A DNA stretch of 61,558 bases, the filler included, from Globobulimina sp. (lineage: Eukaryota): assembly GCA_003354225.1 (NCBI GenBank). It is 24 parts of 24 records of this genome, joined end to end, with 100 filler letters (N's around TTAATTAATTAA, not from the genome) between each part and the next. Parts side by side here need not be neighbours in the genome. Positions count along the whole stretch, not along the records: positions 56,523 to 58,990 come from PIVH01006520.1; positions 59,091 to 61,558 come from PIVH01006521.1; 22 more parts are not named here. The stretch is one strand, 5' to 3'. Shown piece after piece: positions 56,977 through 61,558 of the stretch. Each line of letters begins with the position of its first letter. Position 1 is the first letter of the stretch. Made by a program: the position numbers and the translations under genes. The notes beneath the pieces are model-generated. The model did not search any database, had not been told where the DNA came from, and saw only the letters and a list, made by a program, of their open reading frames with translations.

Positions 56977-58716
56977 ATGGCTTTAGTCTTTACTATCTTT
57001 TTAGGATTGCTCTCCGTGGTATCTTCCATAAGTGACACATGTGATGCCAATACTGACCAGAATATGCAACTCGTAGTGGAAGAGATGAAATCAAAAGGAT
57101 ACGGAGTCGAAGTTGGTTGGATAGCCTGGCATCACAATGTCACTGATTATGGTTGTAATCCGCAATTAACGTACGGCCAATTTCATTTTATACGCCATAT
57201 AATGGATATCAATCAAGTAGAAGATTTATTGGGCGTTGGCATTGGTACTCCGCGACAACATCAGGGTTAGCTGTTTGATGCAGTTCTTTCATACCACCTG
57301 AATGAATATGATCATATATCATGAAAGAACTGCAACAAACACCCACCGCAATGACCGCATGCAGATTTCGATCAGTTATGGCTGCAATATGCCTCAACCG
57401 GCTTTTTATGGAACGGCTGTATAGCACCATCTGATTATTTCAGTGTCCGTTCATATCTCAACCGTCGCTTTAATCCAACAGTACCTTGCAAGCAATGCAA
57501 ATTACCCATGACTGATCCATACGGTTCATTGGGAAACATGATCAATAAAAGAATTTTAAATTACACAATCACGGACCACACGCATTATAATACCACCACA
57601 TTAATCTCGAGCAGTGATAATCAAACCTACTCTGACATTCGTGCGTCATTATTAAAATTCAATATGTCCACTCCAGACACCATTAATTTCGACATAATGC
57701 CATACAAATATGCATATGGCACTATTTATAATGGCAGCACAATTGCTCCGTACACAGAGACTGTCAATTATAAAAAATTAGATTGGAAATCGCAAATAAT
57801 TAATCATGAACCAATTGACTCCTTCAATATGATGCTTCGAAGTGGCGAGCCTTATTTTAATGACTCTGACATGATGACATATTTTAACCTCAACCAAACA
57901 GTTTATAAATTTTATCACATTGACTCCATAAACCAATCAGTACCACGCCAACCATTGCCACCATTCGTTGTCGACATGGATACTGCAGCGACAACGAATG
58001 AGTTTGAAATATTGCAGCCAGACTTTGATAACTATGTACATGCAGTCATCAACTATGTGGTGAATGAGTTTAATTCGCCCATTAATGGCTTAGGATGGCG
58101 GTATCGCGGCACTGCTGTCTCGCAATCCATGTTTGAGGGCGAGATGGGATATGGTTTTAAATGCATTAAATATGGCATTCGATGCATGGCAGATAACCGC
58201 GATTGTGTGTACTCGTTGACTTATCCGGCAACGTTTTATGCGCAGAATGAGACATTGCAATTGATTGTGGGCGTCATACATCAAGATATGGATAATTGCG
58301 AATGGGAGAATATTGAGCCGTATTATGAGTATGATGGTATTTTTAACATTATTAGTCATGGTTTGTCATTTCAAACAAATAGAACCGTTTTGGATGTAAA
58401 GCAATATAAGAACTCGTCGTTTGTGTTCCCACCGAGAGATTATACCAGGAATATTGTGAAGGATGACAATGTATTGGATAAATTCTTTATTGTCCCTGTG
58501 ATGAGAGAGAATGTGTATAATCAATACCCGTTTTTTAAAGAGAATGGGAATTTGACGAGTTGGAGTAATTGGGTGTGGGGTTTGGATAAATTGGACTATG
58601 ACAATGATTACTTTATTGCGCGGAGGATGTATTTGAACCCAACTACGCATACTATGTCGGATATTAATCGATTTATTCCGTTTGTAGTTATAAATTTTGA
58701 ACAGTATGACTTTTAA
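56977..58716 (+). CDS. Uncharacterised secreted glycoprotein; 2 exons
   Basis: Signal peptide MALVFTIFLGLLSVVSS; phase-1 intron 57266-57364 gives one continuous frame. Confidence 0.75.
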
Positions 58717-59090
58717 CCTAATTACAGCTGTATAGCGAATGCCTAGTTTTTTTACTACTTATCCTCGCACAGTGACATTTTTATCGATAACAAAACAATT
58801 TGTGACTCCTTTTTATCCTCACCACATTAACATGTTCTTACAACAACAAAAAAAAAGACTGGACAGAAATAACAACAACAAAGAAAAAATAATAGTATAT
58901 TATTCATATGCAACTTTTTCGTTGTCGAGGCAGAGTAACGTTTCCGAAAACACAGTTTTTGGCCGAGGGGGCTCCGGGGGGTGGTGGGTGNNNNNNNNNN
59001 NNNNNNNNNNNNNNNNNNNNNNNNNNNNNNNNNNTTAATTAATTAANNNNNNNNNNNNNNNNNNNNNNNNNNNNNNNNNNNNNNNNNNNN

Positions 59091-59916
59091 AGCTGGACCA
59101 AAATATTTATCCGCATTCCACCAAAATGAGGGACACGATGTCGAACAGCATGCACATAATATACACTCATACATTCCATCCAATTTCTTACGGTCTTCAA
59201 TAGACATATAATGTTCCACATTTTCATCTTGTTTTGCCGTTTTAGTTTGCAACCATGGCTCTATCGCCTTATAATGAGCATAAAACAATGATAAATCCCC
59301 CACCAAATCTTTTACAATCGACACATGCTATATTCGTAATGTTATATTATATTCATTGTATTGTGCAAGGATTAGCATATTATAAATACTAAACGGGCAA
59401 TGGTAATATTCTTGTTTTATCAGAAGATGTTTTTGTTGCACACAAACAGGCCAACGTATTGGTACCATCTACGTTCATTGAACACGAACCACATATCCCT
59501 TCACGACATGATCTACGAAATGATAACGTCTTTGATGATATATTGCATTATGCGTTACACTGCGAATCTGCGCATCAATACGCAAATATATACTAAACTG
59601 TGTCTTGTTGATCTTTTATCTTCATTAAGACGTCTAATATCATGGGACAGTCAGATACGTCAACTTCATAGTTTACTTCTGTGGGAGGATCGGATTTTGC
59701 AGGATCCCATCTATAAATACTAAATGTTTGCATTCTGGCTGGTTTTGCGGAAAATGCGCGTTGTTGATGATTTAACGATGATATTAATGGTTTTGTTGGT
59801 TTATATTTCTTCAAAGATGACAAGACTGAGCGCTTATGCAGTATTGAAAAGTGTTTTGTTGGTAGTCTCGATGGGGTTGGCAGTAATCGTATTATTCTTC
59901 GGAATGACGACGCCAT
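59091..59916 (-). CDS. SDHB: Succinate dehydrogenase iron-sulfur subunit with mitochondrial presequence, 3'-truncated
   Basis: [37 protein letters not shown]; introns 59530-59598 and 59328-59394. Confidence 0.98.
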
Positions 59917-60027
59917 GAAGGAAAGTTATCTTCAAACTATAGACTGAAACACGTGTAATTAATTTGGTCAAAACGACGTACGTTTTAATATTAGACAATT
60001 AAATATTAGTCAACAAACTATTGACTA

Positions 60028-61306
60028 TCAAACAGTTACCGTCGCTTCCTGCGGTTTTGCCAACAATGATTCAGATTTGTTGTTATTACTATCATTTGCC
60101 TCATTTTGCTTGCCAGCATTATTATTATTGACAGTCGCTTGTTGAGTTTGTTGTGGTTGTTGATAGTACATATTATTATTATTCCCATATGGATTATTTG
60201 GCTGATAATATCCATATGGATTATTTTGCGCAAATGCTAAATTTTGCTGATATGGGTTCATTGGATTCATCATTTGTTGTTGTTGCAATTGCTGTTGTTG
60301 CTGTTGTTGCATTTGTACTTTTTTCTGTTGATCCAATTCGCGTGAAATTGACTTCCAAATCCATTGAATCACATATAAAATGCCAAAACAATAAAACCCA
60401 ATACTTAGCCAACTATAATGTGTCGATGACGATGATGGAGTATTGTCATTTTGTTTTGCTTCCGCTGTGGCATCAACTGCACTTTTAAACATTTCTTCAA
60501 ATTGTTCTTTTGTTGATGGTTTTTTACCGATGATCCAAAATAGAAATTTCCTGATTTTCAGATATAACCATTTTAGAAATCGAAAGATATAAACTCCACT
60601 CAAAAAGCCACCAAATTCGCGAGCTAACATTCCAATGCCACCGGCAAATTGAACCAATGAACTAAATGTCATATGCAAAGCCTGTATGTCATGATCAATA
60701 ATCACATTATGATTACATTTGAGTGCAAGGATAAGGGGATAACAATATAAATGTTGACCTGTGATGCGAGTTGTAATAATTGGGAGAATCTGCCAACATT
60801 ATTGACAGACATTTGCATAAACCCCATGGGACCCATTGGTCCTTGCATGGGGCCATACATTCCATTCATGCCATTCATACCGTATCCCATTCCCATCCCG
60901 CCGCCATACATTGAATTGCCATACATACCGCCACCATACATCGAATTGCCGCCATACATACCACCGCCCATACCACCGCCATACCCACCATATCCACCAC
61001 CATAGCTAGGTTGCATTAACTGCTGTGGTTGCGGTTGTGGCGCAGTTGTGGTCTGTGGAGTGGTATTATTATTTGTGTTTGTACTTGTATTTCCCGGTAT
61101 ATCTGCAGTGTTTGGTGCATTTAGTGACGATCCGGAACGATTTATGTGTGGATTGTTATTATGTTTAGTGACTGGTGCGGGTGGTGTGATTACACTGACA
61201 CTGTTGTTTTGTGACTCCCATGGCTTTGCTGGGGATTCTGTTATATTATATTGATAATTCAGTGTGAATCAAAAAAAATAAGGAACGTTACTAAACTTGC
61301 TGCCAT
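60028..61306 (-). CDS. PEX13: Peroxin 13 without an SH3 domain; 3 exons
   Basis: MAAKSPAKPWE, YG-rich region, VGRFSQLL...QALHMTFSSLVQF; introns 61238-61296 and 60682-60758. Confidence 0.82.
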
Positions 61307-61406
61307 TTAAAGAAAGTGCATGTGTTTTCATGCGAAAAACTCTTCTGCTACGTTGCATGTGTGAATGACTTGAAGACCATCAAATTATAGATTGAATTGT
61401 TTGAAT

Positions 61407-61558
61407 ATGGAGGAAACATTGATCGGTTCATCCATTAAGGACATCGGCAGGAACATTCAAAAATTATCTCGTGACAATAAGAAATTAGAGCGTTATTTAA
61501 AAAATCTCGGAACATCATCGGACACACAAGAATTTCGCAACAATTTACGATCCGAAAT
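61407..61558 (+). CDS. Syntaxin (STX7/12-like) N-terminus
   Basis: IGRNIQKL...LERYLKNLGTSSDTQEFRNNL matches the Habc start; not in the ORF track. Confidence 0.72.
   Translation, partial: MEETLIGSSIKDIGRNIQKLSRDNKKLERYLKNLGTSSDTQEFRNNLRSE

Noticed and set aside
57266-57364. In-frame TGA or frameshift in the secreted protein
   Set aside because: A 99-nt GT-AG intron removes it and leaves an intact frame.
1-61558. Uniform ~2.47-kb units as nanochromosomes, minicircles or a gene cluster
   Set aside because: Lengths fall monotonically from 2470 to 2468, as expected for size-sorted contigs. Genes are cut at the edges and there are no telomeric repeats. Neighbourhood across spacers is meaningless.

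Overview
This window is not one locus. It is 24 unrelated contigs of 2470, 2469 and 2468 bp, sorted by decreasing length and joined by 100-nt artificial spacers (N44-TTAATTAATTAA-N44). Almost all are AT-rich, gene-dense eukaryotic DNA with short GT-AG introns, mostly 50-110 nt. The gene families (7TM/RGS proteins, PPR protein, 'LQG/DLxLEN' kinase, RCC1/U-box) suggest a rhizarian protist such as a foraminiferan; this is inference only. Recognisable genes: ABCC transporter, acid sphingomyelinase, Ser/Thr kinase, DAO-family FAD oxidoreductase, sulfite oxidase with PTS1, formin-type GBD protein, RCC1-U-box ligase, JmjC protein, RGS protein, SLC10A7-like transporter, sulfotransferase, YEATS and C2H2 proteins, an E2 enzyme, SDHB, PEX13 and a syntaxin start. 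There is also an APE-type non-LTR retrotransposon fragment and a bacterial-looking HD-domain fragment. Best leads: (1) a nested split-PH (myosin-X-like) module fused to a formin GBD; (2) several short inverted-repeat elements, one of which fills a predicted intron and one family of which occurs on two contigs; (3) N-myristoylated proteins with a repeated W..M helix, two of them head-to-head only 41 bp apart; (4) a 7TM receptor with a duplicated SH3-like tail; (5) a eukaryote/bacterium junction. Several inverted gene-to-gene junctions may be amplification or assembly chimeras. No rRNA, tRNA or CRISPR array was recognised.
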